Shown: piece after piece, positions 18,752 to 28,000 of the stretch
Position numbering within the stretch: position 1 is the first letter of the stretch
Layout of the letters: every line of letters starts with the position of its first letter
Assembly (NCBI GenBank): GCA_049589195.1
Contig: JBAWAH010000048.1
Span: 64,250 to 128,249 of the forward strand
Reading direction: 5' to 3'
DNA length: 64,000 nt
Source: Bacteroidota bacterium
GTDB lineage: Bacteria; Bacteroidota; Ignavibacteria; UBA10030; JAHEZR01
Notes under the pieces: generated by a model
Seen by the model: only the letters and a program-made list of their open reading frames with translations
What the model was told of the DNA's origin: nothing
Databases searched by the model: none
Program-made: the position numbers and the translations under genes

Positions 18752-21628
18752 CTATCTCAAGATCATCATTTTTCTGATCTCGGAGTACGCCCCAGCCTGA
18801 ATCCTGTAGAAGTATACGCCGCTAGAGACGTTCGAAGCCACGTACGGAACCTCGTACTTGCCAGCACTCTGGCGCGCATCCACCAGACGCGCAACTTCTT
18901 GTCCAAGCAGGTTGTAGAGAACGAGGGTGACGTGGCTCTCACTCGGCAAGTCGTACCGTATCTTCGTGGAAGGGTTGAACGGGTTTGGATAGTTCTGGTA
19001 GAGCGAGAAGGACAGAGGAAGCTCTGATGAGATTCTTTGCACTTCTGTGAGAATAAGGCTCCACTTCTGTTTTGCGGCGTCGGCAGTCGCTTGAAGGCTT
19101 TGGAGATCCAAGCCCGCGAGAACCGCCAAGCCCACTACCGCGCTGTCATTTGCTGCAATTGAGAGAGGCCCAGTCCCAATGACCATGGAGACATCCGAGG
19201 GCCCCTCCTGTGCATGAGTTGTTCCGCCGCTCAGTGACTGCCATTTCTCCGCCTTCGTGAACCCATCGTACACTCCCCAAGGATTGCCTGAAACTGTGTT
19301 ATCGTTGTCAATCGCACGGAACTGCGGCGAGCCCGTGCTGAGGAGCACTGCGCCAACGTAGGTTTTTGAACCATTTGGATCTGTGTCGTAGACGTATCCA
19401 AGGTGCCGAGATGGGTCATACGTAGCGATGTTCAGGCCTACCGACCCAACATCCCAGTCGAAATACAAACCGACATAGAGGCTTGAGATGGCGACACTCG
19501 TGGTGTTTCGCAGTGTGTATTTCAGTATGATGTAGTCATTGTCCGGGGCGTTCTTAAATGCAAACGTATTCAAGTTAATGCGAAGCCCGATTTTATTCGC
19601 GCCCGCTGAATCATCTGTGAAGATGCTGAAGCCATCTTGGTTGGAAACACGGCTTTGCTGAAGGAAAGAAAACCTCACCTGTGGGACGAAGGCAGAGTCC
19701 TGAAAACCTTGGTTCTCACCCCGGGCTTCATCAACGACGTGGGCAACATCAGTTCCAGTCATGAACGCACCTTCAAAAAGGAGGTTGCCTTCATCTACTC
19801 TGTTAAACACAAAACCCGTTCCCTCAAGGTTATCGGGAAAGTCATTGAAAGCAAGTGTCCCCTTGCTCGTCACTGTCATTGTGATGTTATTGATATTGTG
19901 ATCCTTGTATGTGGGATTCAGGAGGACGCTGAAACCTGTGTAGTCGTGATATGGCCCATCGCTAAAGTCTACATAGACCACAGCTGTGTGGTTTTCTGGG
20001 GCAGACGGAAGCACCTGAAAGATGAAGGGATTCGACGCGTTTGTCACTGTCTGCAGCGTGCCGACGGCGCCAAGGGGCACTGTCCCGTTTGTGATAGAGA
20101 TGAAAGGATCGGTTGTCGAAAGCTGAGCTTGTGCACTTGAGCTTGGGCGGAGATAATCAGTGAATTGACCAACGAGTCGAATCGTCTCGCCGGAGTCAGG
20201 CGAGCCATCATTGTTTCCTCCAATCGAATCGCTTAGTGTGAAGGAAGTCATCTGCAAGCCGGGCGAGGTGTTATCGCTCACGGCCCGGAATGCGTTCACT
20301 CGTCCTAAACCGAGTTGCTTCTCGTATCCCGGATTAAGGTTGTCAATTGGATCTGCCGTGACACGGATTTGCTCTGCGATCTGGTCGGGCGTCCAAGATG
20401 GGTGGAGCGATTTTATGAGTGCGGCTGTGCCGCTTACGATTGGTGTCGATGGCGAAGTGCCGCTGAAGTCGAAGAAGGTATAGGTGGATTGCTTCCACGT
20501 GCTGAATACCCTCGTCCCTGGTGACGATACGCCGATCTTCGGTCCGAAATTAGAAAACGAAGGTCGTCGATCTGTTGAGTCTGTCGCGGCGACGGCCAAG
20601 ACATGCGAATATCCAGCGGGATAGAACGCCTCATCGCTGCTACCGTTTCCAGCTGCGGCGACAACCAGTGCCCCTTCCGAGGTTACGTAGTTAATAACAT
20701 CCTGCTCTAACTGTGAGTAGCCTGCCCCGCCCCAACTTGCATTAATGACTGAAGCTCCGTTGTCCGCGGCATAAACCATTCCTTCGTAACCGTACGAAAT
20801 GAAGGGTGGGCTAGTTGGTGTCGAGCGCGAGTTGTCTTGGGAGACTTTTACAGCCATTACCTTGCACTTGAAGCCCACACCTGCGACACCAATCGCGTTG
20901 TTTGTCACTGCCGAAGCGATCCCGGCAATTGCTGTCCCGTGGTCAGGTCTGTCCTCGTCGGGGTTATTGTCAGGCGTTCCATCCAGCCCTCCAAAATCCC
21001 AGCCTATGCTGTCTGCCGGGAAATTTGGGTTCTGTCCCGGATGTGGATTGTGCCAGATGTTTTGCTTCAAATCTGGGTGGTCCCACTGGACTCCGGTATC
21101 GATGATGCCAATAATGATCGATGAATCGCCTTTTGTGACCTCCCATGCGCTGTCAGCCTTTGTTTGTTTTAGATGCCACTGTTGCCCGAAGAAAGGATCA
21201 TTTGGTGTGAAATCCGCGTAGCGGATGTAGTGCGGCTCTGCATACTGGATGGCACCTGTCGATTGCAAAACCTTTGCAACACTCCTGGGGTCGCTTCCGT
21301 CGCGGTAGTGAAAACGGTAGAACTGGGTAAGATCAACTCCACCAGGTGTGCTTGGACGGGTGTGGTTGGGAAACATGGGCGTCAGCTTTTCACCCTGGAA
21401 CCGGTTCAACACCTTATCCAGAGATGCTATTCCGATGGCAACAGCTCCACCCGTCGTCTTCCCGAGCCCGAACTGCAGGTTGGGCTTCATCTTAATGAGA
21501 ACTTCTCCAGCGACATATCTGGGACCGCGAGTCTGAGGTGATCCTGTGGACGACGGCTTGTTGATCGACGGTTTCCCTGAAAATGAAAGCGTCGACACAG
21601 CGAGAACGACGGCCAGCAAAGAGCTCAT
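18752..21628 (-). CDS. subtilisin-like serine protease (peptidase S8) with a T9SS C-terminal sorting domain
   Basis: Catalytic triad regions IGIIDTGV (Asp), HGTAIAGIAS (His), GTSPSTPIVSGTAAL (Ser). C-terminus ...YQNYPNPFNPSTKIRYDLPSESHVTLVLYNLLGQEV...SGVYFYRIQAG is a type-A T9SS CTD. The probable start is the signal peptide MSSLLAVVLAVSTLSFSG at about 21628, whereas the ORF-caller extends to 21721. Confidence 0.85.
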   Translation of the reverse strand: MSSLLAVVLAVSTLSFSGKPSINKPSSTGSPQTRGPRYVAGEVLIKMKPNLQFGLGKTTGGAVAIGIASLDKVLNRFQGEKLTPMFPNHTRPSTPGGVDLTQFYRFHYRDGSDPRSVAKVLQSTGAIQYAEPHYIRYADFTPNDPFFGQQWHLKQTKADSAWEVTKGDSSIIIGIIDTGVQWDHPDLKQNIWHNPHPGQNPNFPADSIGWDFGGLDGTPDNNPDEDRPDHGTAIAGIASAVTNNAIGVAGVGFKCKVMAVKVSQDNSRSTPTSPPFISYGYEGMVYAADNGASVINASWGGAGYSQLEQDVINYVTSEGALVVAAAGNGSSDEAFYPAGYSHVLAVAATDSTDRRPSFSNFGPKIGVSSPGTRVFSTWKQSTYTFFDFSGTSPSTPIVSGTAALIKSLHPSWTPDQIAEQIRVTADPIDNLNPGYEKQLGLGRVNAFRAVSDNTSPGLQMTSFTLSDSIGGNNDGSPDSGETIRLVGQFTDYLRPSSSAQAQLSTTDPFISITNGTVPLGAVGTLQTVTNASNPFIFQVLPSAPENHTAVVYVDFSDGPYHDYTGFSVLLNPTYKDHNINNITMTVTSKGTLAFNDFPDNLEGTGFVFNRVDEGNLLFEGAFMTGTDVAHVVDEARGENQGFQDSAFVPQVRFSFLQQSRVSNQDGFSIFTDDSAGANKIGLRINLNTFAFKNAPDNDYIILKYTLRNTTSVAISSLYVGLYFDWDVGSVGLNIATYDPSRHLGYVYDTDPNGSKTYVGAVLLSTGSPQFRAIDNDNTVSGNPWGVYDGFTKAEKWQSLSGGTTHAQEGPSDVSMVIGTGPLSIAANDSAVVGLAVLAGLDLQSLQATADAAKQKWSLILTEVQRISSELPLSFSLYQNYPNPFNPSTKIRYDLPSESHVTLVLYNLLGQEVARLVDARQSAGKYEVPYVASNVSSGVYFYRIQAGAYSEIRKMMILR

Positions 21629-21732
21629 CCGTCGAAATGAAGATTGGAGGAAGGGCATTTGATTTTTCCTATCTAGAATCGTTCTGTGAACAGTTTTTTT
21701 CTTCACGGTTTGGTTACTCAAGTATCCGTGGA

Positions 21733-22749
21733 TCAGAATGATATGGCAAGGCCTGCTGACGCTACCGGCTGAGAGGCCACACTGTAATCGGCAAAGGCAT
21801 CGAAAAAGAGTGCGCGAAATCTCAAACCGCCAGTGATTCGGATCGTATTATCTGCTTTAATATTCTCCAGCGTCACACTAAGCGGTTTTAATCCACCTGC
21901 AAACGCACTCGCAGGCTGGTAATTGTAGGAGATGTTCGTTGTCGCACTTTCGTATCCAATCCCTCCGTAGACTGTCAGGAGGAAAATCGTTTTGCTCGCT
22001 TGCACCCCGATATTGAAAGCCTTCGTCTTGATGAAATCGCCACCTGAAGTATCCTTGAGTGTGAGTTCTTGATACATAAGACCGACGGAAATATCGATGG
22101 GAAACTCGCCCGGTCTTGAAGCTCCCACGAGGGAAGGGCCTGGCAGCCATTGACTGATACTATGCTTTGCCCCAATCCCGACGAGGTTCAGCTTCCCAAC
22201 GTCATCATTGAGCTTGATAGGAGGAAGATATCGAAAGATGACCTCGGTTCCCCACAGCGCACCAACCTTGAGTTGAGGCGCAACGAGAGGGATCAATTTT
22301 AGCCCAGTTCCACCGGGGAATTGAAAGACCTCTACCGGAGTTCCTTGTTTGGTGAAGACTTTCGCTCCCGCATCTGACCCCAGTGCAGTTGGAGTGACGA
22401 CAGATCGATCGTAGTCCCTGCCGGCTAGGTAGATATTGTTTTGGTAGACGATGGTGTCCGGGAGAGTTGCCTGGAAAGTCTTCTTATCGTTTGGGACTGG
22501 TGCGAACATTGTCACGAGGTCAACTTCAAAACTGAATAGACCATGGACATCCGCAGACTGGAAGATGCCTGAATTGAGATTGGCACTGAATGAAGAGACT
22601 GCGGGCTGGATGTACTTCGTTCCGTTCTCTCCCACGAACTGTGAGAGTTTCGTGCTGAGATCGTTCTCCTGAGCTTCAATGGATTGAGTTGACAGAACAA
22701 GAATCGACAGAACACACGCTGCGGCCGTTAGAAATCTTGAATGAGTCAT
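21733..22749 (-). CDS. putative outer-membrane beta-barrel protein (signal peptide, C-terminal Phe)
   Basis: Signal peptide MTHSRFLTAAACVLSILVLSTQSIEAQ, alternating amphipathic beta-strand pattern, terminal ...AGLAISF. Lies immediately upstream of the T9SS cargo protease. Confidence 0.5.
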   Translation of the reverse strand: MTHSRFLTAAACVLSILVLSTQSIEAQENDLSTKLSQFVGENGTKYIQPAVSSFSANLNSGIFQSADVHGLFSFEVDLVTMFAPVPNDKKTFQATLPDTIVYQNNIYLAGRDYDRSVVTPTALGSDAGAKVFTKQGTPVEVFQFPGGTGLKLIPLVAPQLKVGALWGTEVIFRYLPPIKLNDDVGKLNLVGIGAKHSISQWLPGPSLVGASRPGEFPIDISVGLMYQELTLKDTSGGDFIKTKAFNIGVQASKTIFLLTVYGGIGYESATTNISYNYQPASAFAGGLKPLSVTLENIKADNTIRITGGLRFRALFFDAFADYSVASQPVASAGLAISF

Positions 22750-22833
22750 ATGCGCCCCCCTCGCTGGTTCCTCCCACTATGTTTTTACTGAGACAAGGAC
22801 ATCGGTTGAGTGTTAGAGTTTCCCTTTCAACTA

Positions 22834-23637
22834 CTACCGAAACCGGTCAAGTGTCTTCACCACCAGGTCCGGAAAATTGGTGATCACGCCGTCAATTTGG
22901 AGCTGCATCATTTTTCTCACATCACGCTCTGTATTAACTGTATAAACGAATACGGGGATGTGATGGTTCTGCAAATCGTCAAGAAGTTTTCTCCTCAGCC
23001 ACCACCTCCCGCATACGAAAGCATCCGCCCGGGCTTGCGAAACCAAGCGTGATGGGCGATATGCAAAGTCTCTCACCGCTTTGTAGATAATTGCCGTCGT
23101 CAATTCCGGGTGCTGGGACTTTATCTCCCGCATTAATCGATGGTTGAACGACCCAAGGAAGATGCGGTGTTCTGCCCCGGCAATTCTGATTGTCTCAAGG
23201 ACTCGGTTCTGGAGGCGGACATTGGTTTGATGGTCGCGAGCATCTGCTTTGAGCTCAATATTGAGGAATGCGTGGCCCTCGAGGAGCCGCAAGGTCTCGT
23301 TGAGTGTAGGAATGCTCTCACCCTTGAATTTGCTGTCGAACCAAGATCCAGCATCTAGCCTCTTCAACTCCTCGAGTGTCTTTTTCTGAACCAGTCCGCT
23401 GCCATTGGTTGTACGGTCGAGAGTTCGATCATGAAAGATGACGACCTCATCGTCTCGTGTGAGTCGGACGTCGCACTCAATAATCTCGGCTCCCGATTCA
23501 AGTGCCAGCTCGAATGCGGCAGGGGTGTTTTCGGGCGCGCTCCCAGAGCTGCCGCGATGTGCCACAACAAGCGTGCGACCCTTGGCTGCGCATAGGGTTT
23601 CGATCGAAAGATCTTTCTTGTGTTCACCCTTTCTCAT
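22834..23637 (-). CDS. glycerophosphodiester phosphodiesterase (GDPD family)
   Basis: VVAHRGSSGSAPENT...ECDVRLTRDDEVVIFHD motifs of GlpQ/UgpQ-type GDPD enzymes. Confidence 0.85.
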   Translation of the reverse strand: MRKGEHKKDLSIETLCAAKGRTLVVAHRGSSGSAPENTPAAFELALESGAEIIECDVRLTRDDEVVIFHDRTLDRTTNGSGLVQKKTLEELKRLDAGSWFDSKFKGESIPTLNETLRLLEGHAFLNIELKADARDHQTNVRLQNRVLETIRIAGAEHRIFLGSFNHRLMREIKSQHPELTTAIIYKAVRDFAYRPSRLVSQARADAFVCGRWWLRRKLLDDLQNHHIPVFVYTVNTERDVRKMMQLQIDGVITNFPDLVVKTLDRFR

Positions 23638-24283
23638 GGCGATTGGCTAGGAGAGAGAGGATGTTCTTGTGGATGCTCTCGATTTCTCCCATTCCCTCAA
23701 CGGGGATCAACAGGTTCCTCTTGACGTAGTAACCTCGCAGCGGCGATGTGAGCCGCTGGTGGACCGCTAACCTTTTTCGAATCGTTTCCTCTTTGTCGTC
23801 ATCTCGCTGGTAAAGCTCGCCGCCGCATCGAGGGCAAATGTTTGGGATCGCGATCTTGTCAGTCTCAAGGTTGAAGATTGAGCGACAATTCCGGCACATA
23901 CGTCGGCGCGACAATCGAAGTGCCAGTTCTGCCTCATCAGCCTCAATGCTCAGGACGGCATCAAGCGACACATTCATGCGGCGGAAGATCACCTCCAGGG
24001 CTTCAGCCTGCGCAATCGTCCTTGGGAATCCATCGAGAATAAAACCCCGCTTGTACATGTGCCGACCAAGCTCTTCGCCTACCACGCCAATCATGATGTC
24101 ATCCGGGACAAGCTCGCCTCTCTGCAGATAGTCGTCCGCCCTCTTGCCTAAAGGTGATCCTGAAGAGACAGCGGCACGCAGAATGTCACCCGTCGAGAGG
24201 TGAGGGATGCCGAATTTCTTCGCCAGGAGCTTGGCCTGTGTTCCCTTTCCCACACCGGGGGGACCGAGGAGGATAAGAATCAT
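23624..24283 (-). CDS. adk: adenylate kinase (long form with zinc-binding LID)
   Basis: ILLGPPGVGKGTQA P-loop, GFILDGFPRT, and LID CxxC...CxxC (CRNCRS...CPRCGGEL). Confidence 0.95.
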   Translation of the reverse strand: MILILLGPPGVGKGTQAKLLAKKFGIPHLSTGDILRAAVSSGSPLGKRADDYLQRGELVPDDIMIGVVGEELGRHMYKRGFILDGFPRTIAQAEALEVIFRRMNVSLDAVLSIEADEAELALRLSRRRMCRNCRSIFNLETDKIAIPNICPRCGGELYQRDDDKEETIRKRLAVHQRLTSPLRGYYVKRNLLIPVEGMGEIESIHKNILSLLANRHEKG

Positions 24284-24325
24284 TAAAGAATCTCGTTAAT
24301 TATGATTTGTCTGTCATTGTTGCTT

Positions 24326-24342
24326 TCTGGCCGAGGTAGGAA
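24326..24342. repeat. degenerate half-copy of the GTAGG-...ttcaattg... REP palindrome
   Basis: gtaggaacgttcaattg matches the left arm and centre of the 28-nt palindromes at 41685 and 42078, but the right arm has diverged. Sits in the adk-rlmN intergenic region. Confidence 0.35.
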
Positions 24343-24365
24343 CGTTCAATTGTCCGAAGGACCCC

Positions 24366-25487
24366 TTAGGAGAACGTCCCTACAGTTTGCTGTTCAAGCT
24401 CTATCCGTTTCTTCTCGCGCTCATTCTTCACCGCAAGTTGGCCGCATGCGGCCTCAATGTCTTTTCCGGCGCTGCTTCTAACCATCACCGTGACGTTGGC
24501 ATCGCGAAGCTTTTCAGCAAAGCGTCCCACGCGGTCTGGCGGTGTCGGTCGAAGGGTGGCGGCAAACCCTTTTGGTTGAGTAAAGTCAATCAGGTGAAAG
24601 GGGATGAGGTTGATTTTGCACGGGATCTTTCTCGAAAGCGAGACAAGCCGTCTGATGTCTCCATCAGCGTCGTTCAGCCCATCAAAGAGAATGTATTCGT
24701 AGGTGATGCGTTGTTTCGTCTTCTCATAATAGTATCGAACCGCTTCAATGAGTTTCGCCACATCGAATTTCCGGTTTAGAGGCATGAGCTTTGTTCGGAG
24801 TTCGGTGTCGAGCGTATGGAGCGAGAGGGCAAGCTTCATCTTGCGCTTTTCATCTGCCATCCGACGGATGCCGTCGGCCCACCCTGCTGTCGAGATCGTC
24901 ATTCGCTTCGCACTGATTCCGACGGAGCATTCGTTCGAGAGAATTTCTGCAGACTTCATGACCGCGTCATAATTCATAAGCGGCTCACCCATTCCCATGT
25001 AGACGAGGTTCGTGATCCTGCTCGGCGAATCCCTCCGCACGTGAAGGACTTGGTCAACGATTTCGCCTGCCGTGAGGTTGCGGGTGAATCCCATTGAGCC
25101 CGTCGCGCAGAACTTGCAGTCGAGAGGACAGCCGACCTGGGTTGAGATACAAAGGGTCAGCCTCTTCGCCGCACCATTTGACGATGGAGAAGGCGGGACA
25201 AGGACGCTCTCAATCTTTGCCCCGTCCTGCAGTTCGAACAGATATTTCACTGTGCCGTCGAGAGACGACACTTTCCTTGAGAGCATAGAGAGACTCTCAA
25301 GTGATGCCGCGTCCGTGAGTTTCTGACGGAATGCTCTTGAGAGATCTGTCATCTCGGCGAATGTGGTTGCACCTCGGTTGTAGATCCAATAGAAGAGCTG
25401 TCGGCCTCGGTACTTCTGCTCTCCGATTGAGGTGGCAAGATTCTCCATCTCCCCAATTGTCAGTCCTTTGAGATTCACCTTTTTCAT
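24366..25487 (-). CDS. rlmN: 23S rRNA (adenine2503-C2)-methyltransferase / tRNA m2A37 methyltransferase, radical SAM
   Basis: N-terminal ...YRGRQLFYWIY..., radical-SAM CPLDCKFCATG, and downstream MGMGEPLMNYD. Confidence 0.9.
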   Translation of the reverse strand: MKKVNLKGLTIGEMENLATSIGEQKYRGRQLFYWIYNRGATTFAEMTDLSRAFRQKLTDAASLESLSMLSRKVSSLDGTVKYLFELQDGAKIESVLVPPSPSSNGAAKRLTLCISTQVGCPLDCKFCATGSMGFTRNLTAGEIVDQVLHVRRDSPSRITNLVYMGMGEPLMNYDAVMKSAEILSNECSVGISAKRMTISTAGWADGIRRMADEKRKMKLALSLHTLDTELRTKLMPLNRKFDVAKLIEAVRYYYEKTKQRITYEYILFDGLNDADGDIRRLVSLSRKIPCKINLIPFHLIDFTQPKGFAATLRPTPPDRVGRFAEKLRDANVTVMVRSSAGKDIEAACGQLAVKNEREKKRIELEQQTVGTFS

Positions 25488-25539
25488 CTGAGATTTGTCC
25501 TTGTCCCAATGTACAAAACGGGCGTGAGGGTTTCAAGGA

Positions 25540-25758
25540 TTATTCAATCTCAACAATCTTATCCCTTGAGACTTTTCCCCTGAGAATTGCAATGCATCGC
25601 TTGGGCCGATGGAAGTATTCCGCGAGCAGCTCAATCACCTTCTCATTTGCCTTTCCTTCCACAGGTGGCGCGGTCACGCTGATGAGGAATTGGCTCTCGT
25701 CAAGTTGCTTGACCTCGTTCTTTCGTGCGTTTGGTTTCACGCGTACCGTGATTCTCAT
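25540..25758 (-). CDS. DUF167 (YggU-like) family protein
   Basis: 72-aa protein MRITVRVKPNARKNEV...VTAPPVEGKANEKVIELLAEYF, matching the YggU/DUF167 pattern. Confidence 0.7.
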   Translation of the reverse strand: MRITVRVKPNARKNEVKQLDESQFLISVTAPPVEGKANEKVIELLAEYFHRPKRCIAILRGKVSRDKIVEIE

Positions 25759-25795
25759 TGGTCTACTCAGGAATTCGTTTCTCTGCTGTCAAGAG

Positions 25796-26752
25796 TCAGT
25801 GCAATGTGGCGAGAAGTTGCTTCATATCGTCCGGCAGCTCAGAGTCGAACTTCTTGAGCTGAGCTGTGGTAGGATGAATAAACCCAAGTGTCTTTGCGTG
25901 GAGCGCCTGACGTGGCATCAGTGTCAGGAGATGCTGCACTTCAGCTTTTCGTTTTGCGTCTGTGCCTCCCCAGGCGATGCGTCGGCCGCCGTACGTCGGG
26001 TCGCCAAACACAGGATGCCCGATGTGGGCAAGGTGAACGCGGATTTGGTGCGTGCGGCCTGTCCGCAGCTTGAGACGAACGAGGGAGAGATAGGCAAACG
26101 TCTCGAGGACTTCGTACTCTGTGACGGCGGGCTTTCCCTCTCGTGTGACGGTGATTTTCTTCCGGTCGCTCTTACTTCTTCCCAAGCTCGCATCGATTGT
26201 TCCTCGCCGATTCTTGAAGATCCCCCAGACCACTGCCCAGTACTCTCGCTCAATTGTCCGCCGGGAAAACTGTCGCGCGAGAGCGGCGTGTGCGACATCG
26301 TTCTTTGCAGCCACGAGCAACCCCGATGTGTCCTTGTCGAGCCTGTGGACAACACCGGGCCGCAACTTGTCGTTTACTGCTGAGAGCTTTTCACAGTGGT
26401 GGAGAAGAGCATTGACGAGCGTCCCAGTGTAGTTCCCGTAAGCCGGATGAGTGACCATTCCTGCGGGTTTGTTGACAACGATGAGGTCTTCGTCCTCGTA
26501 GACAATTTCGATAGGGATTGCTTCGGCGAGAGCATTCACTCGAGGCGGCTGGGGCAGCGTACAGCAGATGACATCACCCGGTGAAACCTCGTGACTTGCC
26601 TTCACAGGTCTGCCATTGACAAGGACGAGGCCTTGGTCGATCGCTTTCCGGATTTTTGACCGCGATGCGTTTTCTATCTGATGGGCGAGGAATCTATCGA
26701 TGCGTTCTTTGTTCTGATGGACAGGGACCACTATGTCGATTTGGCGGGGCAT
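25796..26752 (-). CDS. rluD: RluA-family pseudouridine synthase (RluD-like 23S rRNA pseudouridine synthase)
   Basis: N-terminal S4 domain (RIDRFLA...SRSKIRKAIDQGLVLVNGRPVKASHEV), catalytic HRLDKDTSGLLVAAKN, and C-terminal GRTHQIRVHLAHIGHPVFGDPTYG. Confidence 0.9.
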   Translation of the reverse strand: MPRQIDIVVPVHQNKERIDRFLAHQIENASRSKIRKAIDQGLVLVNGRPVKASHEVSPGDVICCTLPQPPRVNALAEAIPIEIVYEDEDLIVVNKPAGMVTHPAYGNYTGTLVNALLHHCEKLSAVNDKLRPGVVHRLDKDTSGLLVAAKNDVAHAALARQFSRRTIEREYWAVVWGIFKNRRGTIDASLGRSKSDRKKITVTREGKPAVTEYEVLETFAYLSLVRLKLRTGRTHQIRVHLAHIGHPVFGDPTYGGRRIAWGGTDAKRKAEVQHLLTLMPRQALHAKTLGFIHPTTAQLKKFDSELPDDMKQLLATLH

Positions 26753-26759
26753 CCCGTTT

Positions 26760-27494
26760 TTACTTCATCGACGCCGGCTGTTCATTGCTGGTGGAGGGAG
26801 GGGGATTGGCTGCAGCAGGATCTGAAAGTGTATTGTGCGTCGGATTCCTATCCTCTTTTTGTACCACAGTTGCTGACGGTATAATAATCTCGTGCGGCTG
26901 TTCAGCTTCTCGCCTTCGATGAAAAAGGACGAGGAGAAGAACGCCGATCGTCACTGAGGCGTCGGCAATGTTGAACACAGGCCATCGGGAGAGGTGGTAT
27001 CCGAAAAAGCTGAGGTCAAAAAAATCGACGTCGATGAAATCGACAACTCTACCGGAAAAAAGGTGGCCGCCATCGAAGATCAACCCATAGAACACACGGT
27101 CGATGAGGTTGCCAATTGCACCGCCGAGAATCATTGCAAGAGCAAATCGCTGGGGGAGGCGCTCTCCTCTTGCCTTGTAGAGGTAATAGAGGATCCCGAT
27201 GCTGGCGGCGATGGAGAAGATTGAGAAAAATGTCTTCCCGCCGAGATCGATGCCAAACGCCATGCCCGGGTTCTCGATGTACGTGAGCTTGAGGAAATCA
27301 CCGAAGATGGGTTTGCTCGCACCAAGTCCCATCCCTCGCACATTGATCCCGAGTGAAGAAATGCTGAAGCCTTTCACAGCAAGCTTCGTGGCTTGATCAG
27401 CCAGCACGATGAAGAGTGAGACGAAGAGGATGCGCACGTTGGTTCCGGGAGTGTTAGGGGGCTCTTCCGTTACCGTCCGCGCTTCGTCTTGCAC
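26760..27494 (-). CDS. lspA: lipoprotein signal peptidase (signal peptidase II)
   Basis: Four TM helices with conserved LADQATK, ...NPGMAFG..., GGAIGNLIDR..G..VVDFID motifs. Confidence 0.85.
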   Translation of the reverse strand: MQDEARTVTEEPPNTPGTNVRILFVSLFIVLADQATKLAVKGFSISSLGINVRGMGLGASKPIFGDFLKLTYIENPGMAFGIDLGGKTFFSIFSIAASIGILYYLYKARGERLPQRFALAMILGGAIGNLIDRVFYGLIFDGGHLFSGRVVDFIDVDFFDLSFFGYHLSRWPVFNIADASVTIGVLLLVLFHRRREAEQPHEIIIPSATVVQKEDRNPTHNTLSDPAAANPPPSTSNEQPASMK

Positions 27495-27976
27495 TGCACG
27501 CAGAGTTGTGCGTGCGGGACTGCCTCTAGCCTTTCCTTCTCAATAAGCTTCCCGCAATCAACGCAGTGCCCGTAGTCGCCCTTCTCGATGCGCTTCAGTG
27601 CATCCTCGAGGTAGTTGAGGAATTTTCCTTCACGCGAAGCAAAAAGAAAGGTCTTCTCGCGCTCCATTGCGTCGGTTCCTTGTTCCATGTGGAGTGAATA
27701 CGTCGAGTTCTCGCTGACATATTCTCCCGTTGTTACGTCCATCATGCTCTCTTTGAGGTGCTCGAGCTCCTCAAGGATCTCTTTCTTCTTCTGAAGAATG
27801 ATCTCCCTGAAGTGAGCAAGTTCTTGTTGACTGTACCCATCTTTTCGTGACGTCTTCGGGGCAGAATCTTTCTTCAGGAGCGCTGCCTTTGAAGTCTTTG
27901 CCTGTCCCGAATACTTCGGGGCCTGCCTCTTTAGCTTTGGTGGGCTCTTCTTCACCACTTTCTTTGCCATCCTCAA
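27470..27976 (-). CDS. DksA/TraR-family C4-type zinc-finger protein
   Basis: Lys-rich N-terminus, coiled-coil region, and C-terminal CVDCGKLIEKERLEAVPHAQLCVQCK four-Cys zinc finger. Sits between ileS and lspA as in many bacteria. Confidence 0.75.
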   Translation of the reverse strand: MRMAKKVVKKSPPKLKRQAPKYSGQAKTSKAALLKKDSAPKTSRKDGYSQQELAHFREIILQKKKEILEELEHLKESMMDVTTGEYVSENSTYSLHMEQGTDAMEREKTFLFASREGKFLNYLEDALKRIEKGDYGHCVDCGKLIEKERLEAVPHAQLCVQCKTKRGR

Positions 27977-28000
27977 CTTCTCCTTTCTCGTCTTCGTATT

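Noticed and set aside
25592-26383. 263-aa plus-strand ORF (and the 143-aa 25924..26355 minus-strand ORF in another frame)
   Set aside because: Overlap the rluD/DUF167 coding region, which has clear conserved motifs. These are antisense or alternate-frame artefacts.
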